A stretch of 63,011 bases of DNA, counting the filler, from Porpidia crustulata (lineage: Eukaryota): NCBI GenBank assembly GCA_964255105.1. It is 10 parts of 10 records of this genome, joined end to end, with 100 filler letters (N's around TTAATTAATTAA, not from the genome) between each part and the next. Parts side by side here need not be neighbours in the genome. Positions count along the whole stretch, not along the records: positions 37,965 to 44,172 come from CAXUWE010001609.1; positions 44,273 to 50,462 come from CAXUWE010001610.1; positions 50,563 to 56,740 come from CAXUWE010001611.1; 7 more parts are not named here. One strand, written 5' to 3'. A model generated the notes under the pieces. The model was given only the letters and a program-made list of their open reading frames with translations. It ran no database searches and was not told the DNA's origin. Below, piece by piece: positions 38,860 to 52,248 of this stretch (positions are counted from its first letter, which is position 1; the number at the start of each line of letters is the position of its first letter). Position numbers and translations under genes: made by a program.

Positions 38860-41352
38860 CTACCCAACCGGACAATTCGGTACATTCGCCTGCCACGCCA
38901 GCTTGGCATACGCGGGCAAATAACTATTCGTCGTAAAGGTCTTTGGGAGGTAGTACAGAACATCCTTGACCGTGTACGTTGCACCCAGGCTCTTGAGCGC
39001 AGACAGGACGTCCGTGGCGATATAATCGAGGAATACCAAGTCGACGGTGGCCGGGAGGCCGGTGGTTGGGAACGAGGCGTTGGCTTGGATGTTATTGGGT
39101 TGAGGGTAGCTAGGGATCTTGGAGTGAGGGGTGTCATCGCCGTCGGTACCGAAGTCATCTGTACAGATGTTAACAATGTTGAAGATATCGGGGTCTGTAG
39201 AGGTGATCAACTTGCCGGTCGTGACGTAGCCGGGCGTCAAAGCCAAACTCTGGCGACGGTGGAGACCGCGGATTAGAGGGCTTGAGCGTGGCTTCAGTCC
39301 CTCATGGGTGTGGGCTAGGTCAGGTTCAACGCAAGCGTCACCAATCAAGGGGGTAAACCCAAAATCCGCAGAGTTGAGGTCACGACGCTTCTTGCCGTAC
39401 GCAGGGCCGTTGAGAATGGCGAGAAGTTGACTCGCAAGGCTATATGGAACGTTGGGAATGTACTGGAAGGCATCGGTGAAGGGACTGACAATAAAGCTGT
39501 CATCGCTGTGTTGTGTCAGTCGCCAGTCTTTGGAGAACTTTATAACAATGCCTTACTATGTGAAAGGTCCCTTGACCAGATCAAAGCGAACACTACCGCT
39601 GTTGATCAAGACCAACCGCGGAGTGGTAGCCCTGGCAGGGTTGATGACTGTTGCACTCAAAGCAGTCGTTAGTATTCCTAGGATGTTTCCTTTGGTTCCA
39701 AATGGTTTGCAGGCTAAGCAATATGTTGCAGGAGCACATCCGTAGAGAGCAGTCAGGTTGAGGTCTTTGCGATCCTTGGTAATCTCAGCAGTAACGCGCT
39801 CACCGCTGTGATAATCGAACGTGGTATCTTGGGAGCCAACCGCGTGGTAAGCAAACGTCAAACGATTCCAGTCAAGATAGCGCCTTGAGTAGACAGTGCT
39901 GGACATGACAGTCGAGGTACTATTAGATACTGGAGCCGCTTTCCTAGTAGGATTCGGCACCCCACGAGGTTTCATGTTACCGTTGAAGGTAGTCGAATTA
40001 ATGCCACTCATAGAAACCCATCCAAGAGTTTCGCAGTATCGACCTAAAGCCATCTCAGTCTCTGACCATGCTGCATTTTCCAAAACCAGGTCCTTACCAG
40101 ATTCGAGAGCAGTGGACGCTTCATCATAAATGGCGAAATCCCTATCCGGATATTAGACAACAAGAGATGTTTGGACACAAGACCACGCACCGGATATGGC
40201 TATGCCCGCCAAATAATTGAATGGGCGTATTCGGATGAACTCCTCGGATCGTTTTATGGACTGTCCCTAGAGTATTTTCGCTATCGTTCATTCGAGCTGG
40301 ATTGTGCCCAATCAGGAGGAAAAGATCAATGGGCTTTGGGTAATTGACTGCGTCCAAGAACGTCTTTTGTTTTACAAGATCTACAGCCTTGATGACCTTT
40401 GATACATTTGAATTACCTGTGAAATCGTAAAGCACACCAAAGGCCATGATCCGGAGACCTTTGTAAGGATTTAGTACAAGGGGATTTTTGACAAGTTTTG
40501 TAAAAGCTTACCATGCTCGGTGGTGAAATAACGGTACGGCTTCCCAATATATTCGAATTGACCATTTGCAGGATTAAGTATTTGAATGTTACTTGTGACA
40601 TATCTATCTCCGTAGACTTTACTGAATTGGTTGAATGTTTCATACGCAATGTCGGTGATGTAAAGCTCATGGTTGCCTACAACACGATTAGAATAATGTA
40701 GCTAGACTTTAGAGCGTTGACAGAACCAATAGTCAGCACATCGTAGTCCACATTCTCGAAGATAGGATTACTGATGCGACCGTTTGGCTTCGTAGCATCA
40801 CTTAGGCCATTTCCATCATGCAAATCGCCTAATTGAGGAACAGTTAGAAAGCATTCACAAAGTGATGAAGATATTCCACAGGGGATCCCGGAGCGTCCAA
40901 GGCATACCAGTGTCGATTAGCAGCAAGTCAACTCCAAGATTACCAGCTTTATGCTTCATATGCCTACACCCATGTTAGTACTCTTGGATCAGATTTCTTC
41001 TCTGACCTCCAGGGATTACCTCGTGAAGCTGACATAATCTCCCCAGTCAGCACCATAATTCTGTTCCTTGAGATGCCTGCTGAAGTGTTAGATATGGGAA
41101 GACTGCATTTGTTCGTGTCACCAGCATTGAATCTTACCCTTCAAGCCAGCCGTGAGTATCAGTTGTATGCAAAAAATTCAATTGACCCCATTCAAGAGGT
41201 GCTCGAGGCGGAACGGTAGCATTGGGAGCTCCGGGCTGCATCCGGCGCACATTTCGAACGTGTGCAGCATCATTGTGAGGTCCATAGCAGTCGTCGCAAG
41301 CGAGCAAAGGTGTCGCCGTTGCGAGTAGAGCAAGTAGCGAATACCAAACCAT
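38860..41352 (-). CDS. Secreted calcineurin-like metallophosphoesterase / 5'-nucleotidase-like protein
   Basis: Signal peptide, [42 protein letters not shown] and [11 protein letters not shown] motifs over multiple exons. Confidence 0.88.
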
Positions 41353-42161
41353 TTCGGTCAGTCAGTGCTGCGAAGCGAAACAGAAACAATATTTGCAAAT
41401 ATGAATCTCGACGTTCGGACAACTGTCCGTACAAGATTAATATTGATCGAGCGAGAACATAGTCTTATATAATCGAATGACGCCACAGTAGTGAAAGATA
41501 GTTGAAGAAAGGACACCAATCTAACATAATTGGCGTTGAGAATGCTGAGCGATCCAATCCCATCTCCCACGTGCCTGCATTGGGTATGCACGTTGTAGCC
41601 GATCGGAGAAAGCACCTTCCTCAGAGGGCACCGTGGGCACGTTCCTTCGGTGCTCCTAGCCACGATTGGCTGCTGTCGCCATCAACCGTATCTCCAAGGT
41701 ATCTTCATTCTGCTATGTACCATCATCCTGGTGATTGAATCTTCTCTGCCATCATGAGCGTCGGGTCTGGCTCAACCCAGCAGGTCCACGAACGCTAGGG
41801 CTGCTTCGAAGGACAGCGTTCCATCTAGATCAATTGATGTTGCTCCAACTCGGCCGATAAACAATCTTGAATCTCCCATCTGATCACCTCTCAAACGATG
41901 ACATGTAGTGTAAAGTAAGAAATAAAACTTGCGACTCTCTGGAATAAAATGAGATCAATGTGGATGAGTTGATTGGCAGCTTCTCGCTTCTTTCCCTGGA
42001 TTTTGACATGCGGGGCACAATCCTCGACTGTAATCGCCACCCTAGCGACAATAATCTAATCTGATGGCGCTAAGGCTTTTTCTGCGCTCCCCTCGCGAGG
42101 AATCGAAGCCATAAGGTAAATAGAAGCGAAATCGTACGTCGAGACCCTGGCTTTCACAAAT

Positions 42162-44172
42162 ATGGTGAAGCGAAAGATTGGAGCTCTGGAGAAGGTAGAT
42201 GCCGACCTGTGAGAGAGGAAGCCTAATCTATCCAACCCGCAGAACGCTAATTGAGTGCCTTCAGATCAAATTTGCAATATAAAATACGGCGAGACCCAGC
42301 GTGCGCCTCGACGCAATGTGACAGCTTGACGAGTACTGATTGCCAATCAGTTCGTACAAGGAGGAGTTTGGAAAGCAATACAGCCAATATGAGTCTCAAA
42401 GAGATATCTACCTGCAGGCACCGTCGTCAGCGACGAACGCTGGCATTGTCTCTTTCCGCGACCTGATCGATCTCGTCTCTCACGTTGCCGATTGCTACCC
42501 TACCGCCACCGCGCACTTTGCGAAAGAACTCATAGATATCCTGACCTTACACCACGAACACCTAGAGTCAGAGCTAAGGGAGAAGATAGTCGGAAGTCTC
42601 GTCCTACTGAAACGGAAAGACATTATCGATTCGTCCGAGTCTGTCAATCGTCTCCTATGCCTGGATGCTTCAATTCTCTGATTGTAATTAGATTATTGCA
42701 TACTCTATTCCCAATACTCATATCGACCCCAAGCAAATCCTTGCGGACACTCCTGTTTCAGAAGTTCCTTTCGGACCTGCGGACCTCCAACGCAAAAAGC
42801 ACCAACCATCGTCTTAATCGCACAATACAAACCGTTCTGTACACTCTGATTATATCTGATCGCACTTCGGCTAAAGGAATCTGGGCAGTAAAGATTACGC
42901 GAGAGCTGTGGAAACGTCAAATATGGACAGATTCCAAAGCGGTAGAAATAATGAAAGAAGCCAGCCTAGCAGACAACGAAAAAGTGGTGGGGGGAGGCGT
43001 TCGCTTTTTTTTGGGCGGTGATAAAGAAAGAGAGGAGATGGAAGACGAGAGCAGTGATGATGAAGCTGTGGACATGGGCAAATTGAAGCATCAGATGGGC
43101 ATCAACAAAAAGAAAAAGAAGAACGCTAGAGTGATGGACAATGCAGTGGATAAGCTCAAGAAGAAGGAACGCAGAAAGAAACAGCCCCATCCACTGAACT
43201 TTTCCGCTTTCCACCTCCTCCATGACCCACAAGCTTTCGCCGAGACTCTATTTACCAAACATTTACAGAGTCCCAAATTGAAGCTGAACCTCGAGCAAAA
43301 GTTACTTGTCTTACAACTGGTGTCTCGACTGATTGGCCTACATAAACTTACCATCATGAGCTTTTACTCTTATTTCCTCAAATACCTGACACCTCGTCAA
43401 CCATCAGTCACTTCGTTCCTAGCCTCACTCGCACAGGCCACGCATTCTTTGATTCCGCCAGACGTTCTCGAGCCCCTCGTGCAGAAGATTGCGAACGAAT
43501 TTATTTCGGAGGCGGCGGCAGCGGAAGTAGCTTCGGCCGGATTGAATGCAATTCGAGAGATTTGTGTCAGGCAGCCTCTGGCAATGAATGACACTCTCCT
43601 GCAGGATCTTGTACTATACAAAAAAAGCAAAGACAAAGGTGTCGTGATGGCTGCAAAAGGATTACTGAGCCTTTATCGTGAAGTAGGGGCAGATATGCTC
43701 AAGAAGCGCGACAGGGGCAAAAAAGCGGCCATGGGTCTGAGAAGCGGAGAGCGCAAAGAGCAGAGATTCGGCGAGGAGGCTATCGGGGAAATTGAGGGTA
43801 TAGAACTGCTTGAGAAGTGGAAGGAAGAAGAGCGACAGAGAAAGCGGTTTGAGATGGGACTTCCCGCAGAGATAGGGCCGAATGAGTCGTCAGAGGAAGA
43901 AGGAGAGAATGTTGGGGACTGGGAAGTCGATGATGACGACAGTGATTTCTCTGGCGGCTGGATCAACGTTGATAGCGACATTGAGATTAACATCAGCGAT
44001 TCAGACGATGACAGACCCTCGAGCAAGAAGCCCAAACCCAATGCCATCCCTACGGACAATGACCATAACAAAGAAAATTCCCTCGAGAAGACCGTCGAAC
44101 CTCTCCCCAAACCCTCCACCCTCGCCACAACCCGCATCCTCACCCCCGCCGACCTCGCCAAACTCCATGAAC
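42162..44172 (+). CDS. SDA1: 60S ribosome biogenesis protein Sda1 (3'-truncated)
   Basis: MVKRKIGALEKVDADL, NLQYKIRRDP, ELREKIVGSLVLL, LNFSAFHLLHDPQ, GLNAIREIC and TRILTPADLAKL motifs. Confidence 0.93.
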
Positions 44173-44272
44173 NNNNNNNNNNNNNNNNNNNNNNNNNNNN
44201 NNNNNNNNNNNNNNNNTTAATTAATTAANNNNNNNNNNNNNNNNNNNNNNNNNNNNNNNNNNNNNNNNNNNN

Positions 44273-46190
44273 CCACATACCCATCCGGTCTCACCAGCGC
44301 CATCGCGCCAACCTCCGGATCAACACCATGACTCCTATGTTCCTTCCACTGCTGATCAGCATAGACGTGATACTTCCAACTCGGCAAGGGCGCCGGTACT
44401 TGATCCAGATCATGTTCGTGATGGTTATCGGTGTGAACGAAGAAGAGATCGACGACGCGGGTGGCGTTCTTCGGGTTGGCGGCGCGGATAGTTTCGTAGG
44501 CCCTGGGTGGGGAGGTGGGGGTTGAGTAGCGGGTCAGCACGGATGCGGGGGAGGAGAGGTAGGTGAAGAGTGCGTTGAGGGTGGACTTGGAAAGGAGGGA
44601 GCCGGCGAAGACGAAGAGGTGGAAGCGGCCGTTGGAAGGCATTTCGTCGAGGATATCGATGGTGGTGCCGTCGATGTGCCGGATGGCTGTGAAGGGGTAG
44701 AGGCGTTTGCCCGGGGTTAGGGGTTCGAGNNNNNNNNNNGGGCTGACGAGGGGGTTGGGGATGTAGGTGATGCCGAGGCCGGTGGTGAAGCCCTGGGCTT
44801 TGTCGTAGGCGCCGTGAAATTGCACGTTGTTGTCGAGGAATTCCTTTTTGGCGAATAGAGGCGCAAATTTGTGGTCGAAGTCGATGAGTTCTTGCGCGAT
44901 GTTTCGACGTTCGGTGTTGTACGTGTCGAGGATGAGGGGTTTGGCCCTACCCTTTAGGACGAGGGCAAGCTTCCATGTCAGATTGTAGGCGTCCATCATG
45001 CTGATGTTGAGACCCTGGGCCATTTTTGGACTGTGGGTGTGACAAGCATCGCCTGTGATGAAGACACGAGCACCGTCCGAGAATCGCTCGACGAGTCGCT
45101 GCCTCACTTGATACTTGCTGATCCAATGCAACTTCTCAATGGTTGCCGTGTATGGTGCAAGACCTTGCATGAGCCGGGTACGTAAGATGTCGAGCAAATC
45201 TGCATCTTTCTGTACCTCGGATTTGGGTTGCTCTTTTGAATCTGGCTCTCCAAGGGAGGCAAGTTCCTTGTTAGATAGATGTGCGTAAATTCTGTTACCC
45301 TCATTAGTATCTGGAATCCACATGGTAGCCCCTGTAGGAGCCCGTATCATAGCTCTTCGACGATGATCAGGGAAATTGGTCTTGAGCTGCATGATGGCAA
45401 CAATCCAGACATCATCCTGCTCAGTGCTCTCCGATTGAATGCCTAAGATCTGCCGAGTGGCACTGCTTCCGCCATCACTTCCTATCAAATACTTGCATCG
45501 ATACACAGAAGTGACGTTAGAGAATTGGTTCTTGACAAGAGCATGGACAGGATACTCTTTGTCATCGACATAGTCAAACTGAAGCAGCTTGGCCGGTCTG
45601 TCGACAAAGTGACCCAGTGAGTTAAGCTCAAGGTCAAACACCTTCTCCGTTTCGCGTTGCGGAACCGTAAGAATGTATTGGTACGGTGTTGCGTGAACGA
45701 CCTCACGGCCAACATGAGTTCGTTCTAGTGTTTGAGCAGGGTTCGGGGCCCAAAAAGCACATTCGCTGACACGACCACCCTTAGAGTCTAGCGTATGCCG
45801 CAAGTTGAGAGTCTGAAATACTTCTTGGGTACGAGCTTGAACGCCTATGCCGGTGAAAGTTAGTTTGTTACAGGACAGGCATATGAGGACAGACTATGGA
45901 GGAATCATGTAATGGTAAACGATCAAAACGGTGCTCTTGATTGGGGCATCGCAGAAAATATTCGCCAGTTCTCATCTCAAAAATAGAGGGCTACTAGACA
46001 CCCAAGAGTAATATAGGAATTGTTCACCTCCAGCATGACCGGCTTGGACGCGCTGTGGGCGCTGGTCGATAATCCGAAAGCTGACTCCGTACCTTGCCAG
46101 CGTTACTGCAGCCATGAAGCCTGCTGGGCCAGCTCCAACGATAAGCACGTTCACCGTGACTTCGCTCAGGGGATCTTGTTGAAGTGCCAT
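44273..46190 (-). CDS. FAD-dependent phenol 2-monooxygenase-like aromatic hydroxylase (3'-truncated; 10-N gap at 44730-44739)
   Basis: GAGPAG FAD motif, YLIGSDGGSSATR, VFITGDACHTHSPKMAQGLNISMMDAYNLTWKL and a C-terminal thioredoxin-like LVRPDGYV. Confidence 0.92.
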
Positions 46191-47174
46191 ACTTCAAGCT
46201 TGAGACGTTTGCAAAAAGGCTTGTTACTGGTGTAAACTGTCCGACTGTAGAATTTAGGAACCAATTCTGAAGACCAAAGAAGCAAAATAGATGGCCAATG
46301 ATGGTGTATCGGATTCACGGCTGCGGAAGAGCCGATCGTGCCACCTTGTACCACTTTCTCTTTTCAATGATGCCGTTACAAATCTCATTATCTAGGGAGT
46401 CTTTGACAGATCAATTTAAGAGTCTAGGGGAAAAGAAAAGAATGATCTATCTAGGCTTTGCGCTCATTGCGCTCTTCCATTGGCAGTGTAGGTAAGGCGT
46501 CAAACATCCTTATCGCACTAATCTCAAAAGTTGCTCCGATCAAGCCGATTCCCTTTGATTCGCCTGTTACAGTTGAGAGATCACTACAGCTTGCCTATTC
46601 TGCTGTGAAGCCTCTGACTTTTTCTCGAAGATCGTATGCTGACAATGTTGCAGACTATCCGGGAGGGATCGAATGTAATTCTAAGAGAGGTCGCGGCCTT
46701 ACTTGACCAGACACCGCAGTGAAATACAATCTATATCCAAACTTATTCGATATACACGCGGAGGGCAGAATGTAATAATATCTGTATATAATTTTTCAGA
46801 ACTTGGGATAGAATTAAAACCAAATATAGAAGGAAATCCAAGCCGGAGAATGTAGAACGTGTTTAGAGACATGCTAAGGTATCCGCCAGAGGTCGCAGCG
46901 AAGGATATGCTGTAGGTCTTACTGAAAGGCAGAAACAATGCGATTGAGTAACATTGCGATATTATAACTGACTGAAGATAGGGAAGATTGGGGGTTCTAC
47001 ACAAGAAGGTGGATCCGCAAAGAAGATGAGAGGTACTACAACATAGTCAACGCTCAGTCTCGACTGCAGTTTTGATTATTGCGCTGCATATTAAGATTCC
47101 TCCCGATTCGGTCAGTGGAACCTAGTATCTTTTGAATGAGCTAGAAATTTTTGATCAGATTTCCATCCAAGGCT

Positions 47175-48728
47175 TTACCCCTTCTCTATCGACTCCCTAC
47201 TAAGCCATGGATCGTTGAGTAGATCTTTCGCCGATTTTCTGTCCTCGGGAAGCCATTGAAGCAGCTGGCGTACGAAGTCAAGAAACTCCTGTTTGGCTAC
47301 CCCGTCAATTGAGAGCACCGAATTCGACAAATTCAAGGCGTGGGGGACGAGTTTGGGATACAAAAATTTACCTAGAATGAGGATTAGCGAGCATTTCCTT
47401 CGGCTGGTGTGAACTATTTATAGGGTTCACCCTTGGAATTAAAGAAGGGGCCTCCATAGATTCGCTGGCCGTTCCACAAGATTTGCCCTCGGGATTGTCG
47501 ACCTCAGGCTTGAATCTCCATCCGAGGCCTTCCTGTTCCCGATTGATCAATTCTTTCCGAGCCGGCCCCAGGAGCGCAATCATCTCAGCAATATGCGCCC
47601 GAGAATTGTACTTTCCATTATCTGAGTGGGCCTGTGTGAACAAGTCCCTTTTCTCCAGCATGTTCCAGATCTTTCTCCCAAATTATTAAAACTGTTCAAC
47701 TATCATAGAGATACGACGTACCAGGACTCCGAGATTCCAGATATCTGCGCTATACGTCCACCCTGCCCCTAGTATTACCTCGGGAGCGCGGTAGTGATCT
47801 GGCTGGGTTGGGTGTCTGTTCAGGCCGTTGTTGCCATACTGAGCCAGGCCATAATCCCCTAGTTTTGGTATAATGCTGAGAGATCTAAGAGGTCCAAAGT
47901 CGTTGTGCGATAGGTAGACCGTTCGTCCGTCTTGCACCTTTCGAGGCATCGGATTCTGGACCTGTGCTCTGGCAAAGTCGTTGATCACGTTTGGGTCTTC
48001 AAGGCTAATCATGATATTATCTAGCTTGATGTCTGTTTTTGCTAGTAAGCTTCGTTCTTGTCCAGCGTGCATGTGGTTTCAAGATACCGGTATGGATAAT
48101 ATGACACTCTGAATGGAGATAATCAAGACCCATCAGAATATATCGCAGAAATAATTTGATAACAGCTAATGGCATCCTCCTATTTTTAAGGCGTCTTTCC
48201 AACCAGCCAGAGCGGTTCCCTCATCAATTCGTACACCAGACATATATGCTTGCCAAGTAGCCCGCTGACGCTGAAACTATTAAGAAGCGTTCTGACGTAG
48301 GAAACCCATCATGCGCGGGGTTTGCTTGAGTGATACGCTGAGAAATTGCGAGCTCATGATTTGCTTGGCCCTCGTCGATAAAGTCGCAACTATTAACCTT
48401 CACGGCGACATAACGAGCGGGTTGCCACAAATATCTGCATGAGGGTTAGATAATCTCATTAAGGTTGACTATCAACATACCAGCGCGTGTCTCTGCCGAG
48501 CCATACTGTCGAGCAAGCACCATATCCAAGCTTCGCGCTTATCTCATATCTGTCCTTGAGGAGGTCGCCTGGGTTGACTGGGTAGAAATTTCCCACATGA
48601 TAGCCAGCAAGTAGCTCTTCCTCGATCGGAACGTCAAATGGGAGGAGTTTAGGCTGGACTGTTGTTGTGATCTTTGGACCACGTTCAAGCAACGCTAGGG
48701 CGCGCCCTGCACGCAAAATAGTCCTCAT
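47175..48728 (-). pseudogene. SRPK/Sky1-like CMGC protein kinase, frameshifted
   Basis: KLGYGACSTVWL, YVAVKV, HT|DIKLDN, DYG, YRAPEVILG and ADIWNLG motifs. Frameshifts near 48300, 48203 and 47460, with a stop at 48224 in the shifted frame. Confidence 0.8.
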
Positions 48729-49377
48729 TCAAACGAGAAGTCAAGTCGCTGGTAGTCGTCGAAGATGCTCGACACTATTACTGCCCAGGTAATACCATGC
48801 CTTCATGTTGGGTCGATGTGGCTGAGGACATACGGCAATCCGAATGGGTAATACGACGACTGCGTAGACCCGGAGAAGGGTTTCTCCGTCCGCATCAGGT
48901 ACTAGTATACGGCAATTGAATCATGAGCCTATCAAATCTCTCGCACACAGCCAAAAGTATCGGTAAATTATCATCTGATTGAAGATGATCGTCTTCGTGG
49001 AGTACAGTCAATGCGCGTCGCAAACTCTGCCGTGTGAGTGCCTTCAAATCCAGTCATTCGTATCTTCCAACGATAGTAACAGATAGCTGGAAGAGCGGAG
49101 CATTCGGATAATAATAGCGTGGATTGAATGAGCCGATAGCGAACTGTTGCATTCGTTAGCAAGATTGGCCTGATAGTCGTAGGTAACTGACGATCATCAT
49201 TAATTATTATCCGCCCGACAGCCTTAGCACCCGCATGTGACCTGAAACAGTCCAGCCGTAGAATCCGGGGAAGATTAACCTTATTCTGTTTAGGCCCGTG
49301 GTACCCGCTTCAACGTTATTGGCTGGCCATTCCCGCATCATAATCTGCTCTCCCCTGATCACCTTTCCCCGGCTTCA

Positions 49378-49419
49378 GCTCTTGGCTCTTGGCTCTTGGC
49401 TCTTGGCTCTTGGCTCTTG
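49378..49419. repeat. Heptanucleotide tandem repeat (GCTCTTG)6
   Basis: Six perfect copies read directly, ~460 bp upstream of the NlpC/P60 gene. Confidence 0.95.
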
Positions 49420-49881
49420 GCCTCCGCAATTTACTATTGAGAGCTCATCAGCCATCAGCCATCAACTTTACGCCGCACTAAAAGCTTACTGCGCTCTTGG
49501 CTTTGCTGTTGTTGTGAAGAGATCTGCGCACAACGACAGTTCTGCCGTGGGCCATGTGCTCAACATCATGATTTGGTGACAGGAATACGGGGAGGCAGGG
49601 AGCTTTATCAACGCCATCTCCAGCCATGCGTCTATTCGCCCCCAATGCCAATGCTACGCCTACTATTCAGAGATGAGATGAGCGTCGTCGCCCCCATCGT
49701 CCATTTTTCATATTCAGCTTTGTATCTTGGCAGAGGTTATCAGATGGATTCGACGTTGAGAGCTACTACAAATATGGCCTCATGCACCGTTCCTTTTACC
49801 TCCACAGTCACTGAACGCTTCTTCGGCGGTTGAATTACATCTGATCAAGCTATCTGAAAATCCCCCATACTTCCATCCACC

Positions 49882-50397
49882 ATGAACCTCTCCACCCTCC
49901 TCACTCTGGCCTTAGCCACCATGACCACCGCCATGGTCTCCTCCCCTCTCGAAAACCGAGCAGTTGGCTCCGCCTGCTCCACTCCCGACGGAGACGGAAC
50001 CTGCGTGTCGACGTCCAGCTGCACTTCCCAAGGCTTCAACCTTGCGGGCTACTGCCCCAACACCCCGGCCGACGTGCAATGCTGCGTCAAGAAGTCCTGC
50101 AGCACGTCGTCTGGCTCCGGCACTTGCATCAACACGAGCAACTCCTGCAGTGGGACGTTTGTAGCTGGTGCTTGTCCTGGAGACAGTACGATCAAGGTAA
50201 TTGTTTAGTTGAAGTTTATTGTAATTCCATGGCTAAGTTGCCATAGTGCTGTGTGCATAGTACCTCTGGTGGTGGCGGTAGTCCCTCGGGCGGAGGTGCT
50301 GGAATTGTCAGCGCCGCTATCCACGAAGAAGGTCTTCCCTATGTCTGGGGGGGCGGAGGTTGTAGTGGTCCGTCGAAGGGTGGATTCGATTGCTCCG
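49882..50397 (+). CDS. Secreted NlpC/P60 cell-wall peptidase with two N-terminal Cys-rich repeats (3'-truncated)
   Basis: Signal peptide, then repeats of C-x6-GTC...C...G-x-CP...CC. After intron 50197-50246 a Gly linker leads to AAIHEEGLPYVWGGGGCSGPSKGGFDCSG, the NlpC/P60 catalytic Cys motif. Confidence 0.88.
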
Positions 50398-50775
50398 GTA
50401 TGTCCCCTTCTGCTTCCTAACCTTCTCCCCTCACTTCAAACCCCACAACCTCCACCCCATACNNNNNNNNNNNNNNNNNNNNNNNNNNNNNNNNNNNNNN
50501 NNNNNNTTAATTAATTAANNNNNNNNNNNNNNNNNNNNNNNNNNNNNNNNNNNNNNNNNNNNATTTATTTCTTCGTTGATTTACCCCCATAGCTAGGTAG
50601 TTAGGAGGCCCCTAACGTTAACGTATTATATAGATATATAGATATGCCATTTCTACATAGGATCTCTCGAGATATGGTATAGTGCCCACAGATATTTACC
50701 TAGGATTTAAATCTGTGCGCAAGGATAATGAGTCGGACTTTGTTCAGCTATTTGTAGCTTTGGGTTTGATGCTCT

Positions 50776-51341
50776 TTGTTCATACTCACATCGCTCTGCT
50801 TGGATTGTGTGTCTATGTGTTGTATAACTGACACCTGTCTCAAAGTGATCAGGTTCAGCTGCCCCAGAACTCTTACGATAGTCCAGTGTGCAAGTGTTGA
50901 GAATCTGTTCGCAAACTTAACCAAGCCCAACATACGCCCGGGCCAGCTCAAAAGCCCTATGTGGACCCAGACGTTGGAGTCAAAGGACAACGGACCAACG
51001 AGACTGCATGTTCTAAGGGCCTTTGAAGGACTGCTCGAGCATCTGCTAGACTTTAAGATTTTGTGCGTCGAGCTTGACGGTGTCAAAATTCTATCTAAAA
51101 TGAAGGCCATAACGAATCACGCCAAGATATTGAAATCCCTGATGTGCTCGACCTGCCTTGGAAGTCTGACGGCACAACTCTCATCTATGAGCTATTAGAT
51201 TTCATGGAGATACTTATTGCCTACACAGAACTTGTCCAGTTGGCGGTTGTGTTCCCACCTACGTTCCCTGAGGATTTTGTCATAGGGGACCAGAGTTTCG
51301 CTTACACTTCTTATGTCGTGAGTCACTTGATACTTTCCTAG
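50776..51341 (+). pseudogene. Possible degraded remnant of a fungal hypothetical protein gene
   Basis: Two overlapping ORF fragments with protein-like, leucine-rich composition in an AT-rich, TA-enriched contig start. No clear motif. Confidence 0.25.
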
Positions 51342-52248
51342 ACTCTCATACTCAAGTTCAGAGGCAAATCTAAAGAACCTTCATATTTTCACCATACTGG
51401 TTGTCGGCTGTTGGCCTGGAAGCTCTACTACTATCCTCAATACCTCTGTTAAAATAAGTACACGTAGGCTTAGATGATGTAAATATCGAATCCAGCGCCT
51501 GGCCCAGGAAATCTTTATGATGAGCGGCAAGAGTGCTATCGAGACGAAGAGCGGTCTTGGTACTCGGTCACTGTTGTCTGTGGTTGTTGTTGGCTCGATT
51601 CGGGCTCACAACGGGGGTGGCGGTTGAAGGTGAGGCGACTTCATTCCGTTCTTAGGCAACAGATGCTTTTGGCAGTCCGTCAATGACGGCAGTCAGGATT
51701 GGAAGTCAGCTTGGGTACGTCAAGCCAAAGTCGGATATTATTGATGAGAACGCATGCTATTTCCCCTGAGATGCAGGATGGAACTCACAAGCCGTTTCAT
51801 CCGTGCGTTCTGATTGATTCGTAGAGCGTTAGGGACGTTAACGTAGGCAATGCAGACCTACTCTTCAAGATTGACAGTCAAAACATCATTGACCATCACA
51901 GTGATCGTAAGAAGGATATTGCAGAATTGATAAGTTGAGAGCCTGGTTTGCAGGGTGCATTAAGGTGGCGCGTCACGTCGACGGTACCTGAATCCTTGAC
52001 CGCCTTCACCACCGCGTGATTCTGCCGCGGTTGAAACTGACCTCAATTTTCCGACCAAACCCTTAGCTTTACCAACTGACAAGATACCTTCGTTTGTGCC
52101 CTAACACTCCTGGCTCTCAGCTTTTTTGCAATAACTATGCAAATACACTTGCAATCTTGCTTTCCTACGCCACCTAGTCTTAGGGGGAAACAACGCCTTT
52201 CATAATGCAAGGATTTGAGCGCTCAAGGGAACCACCTTCTTTTTGACG

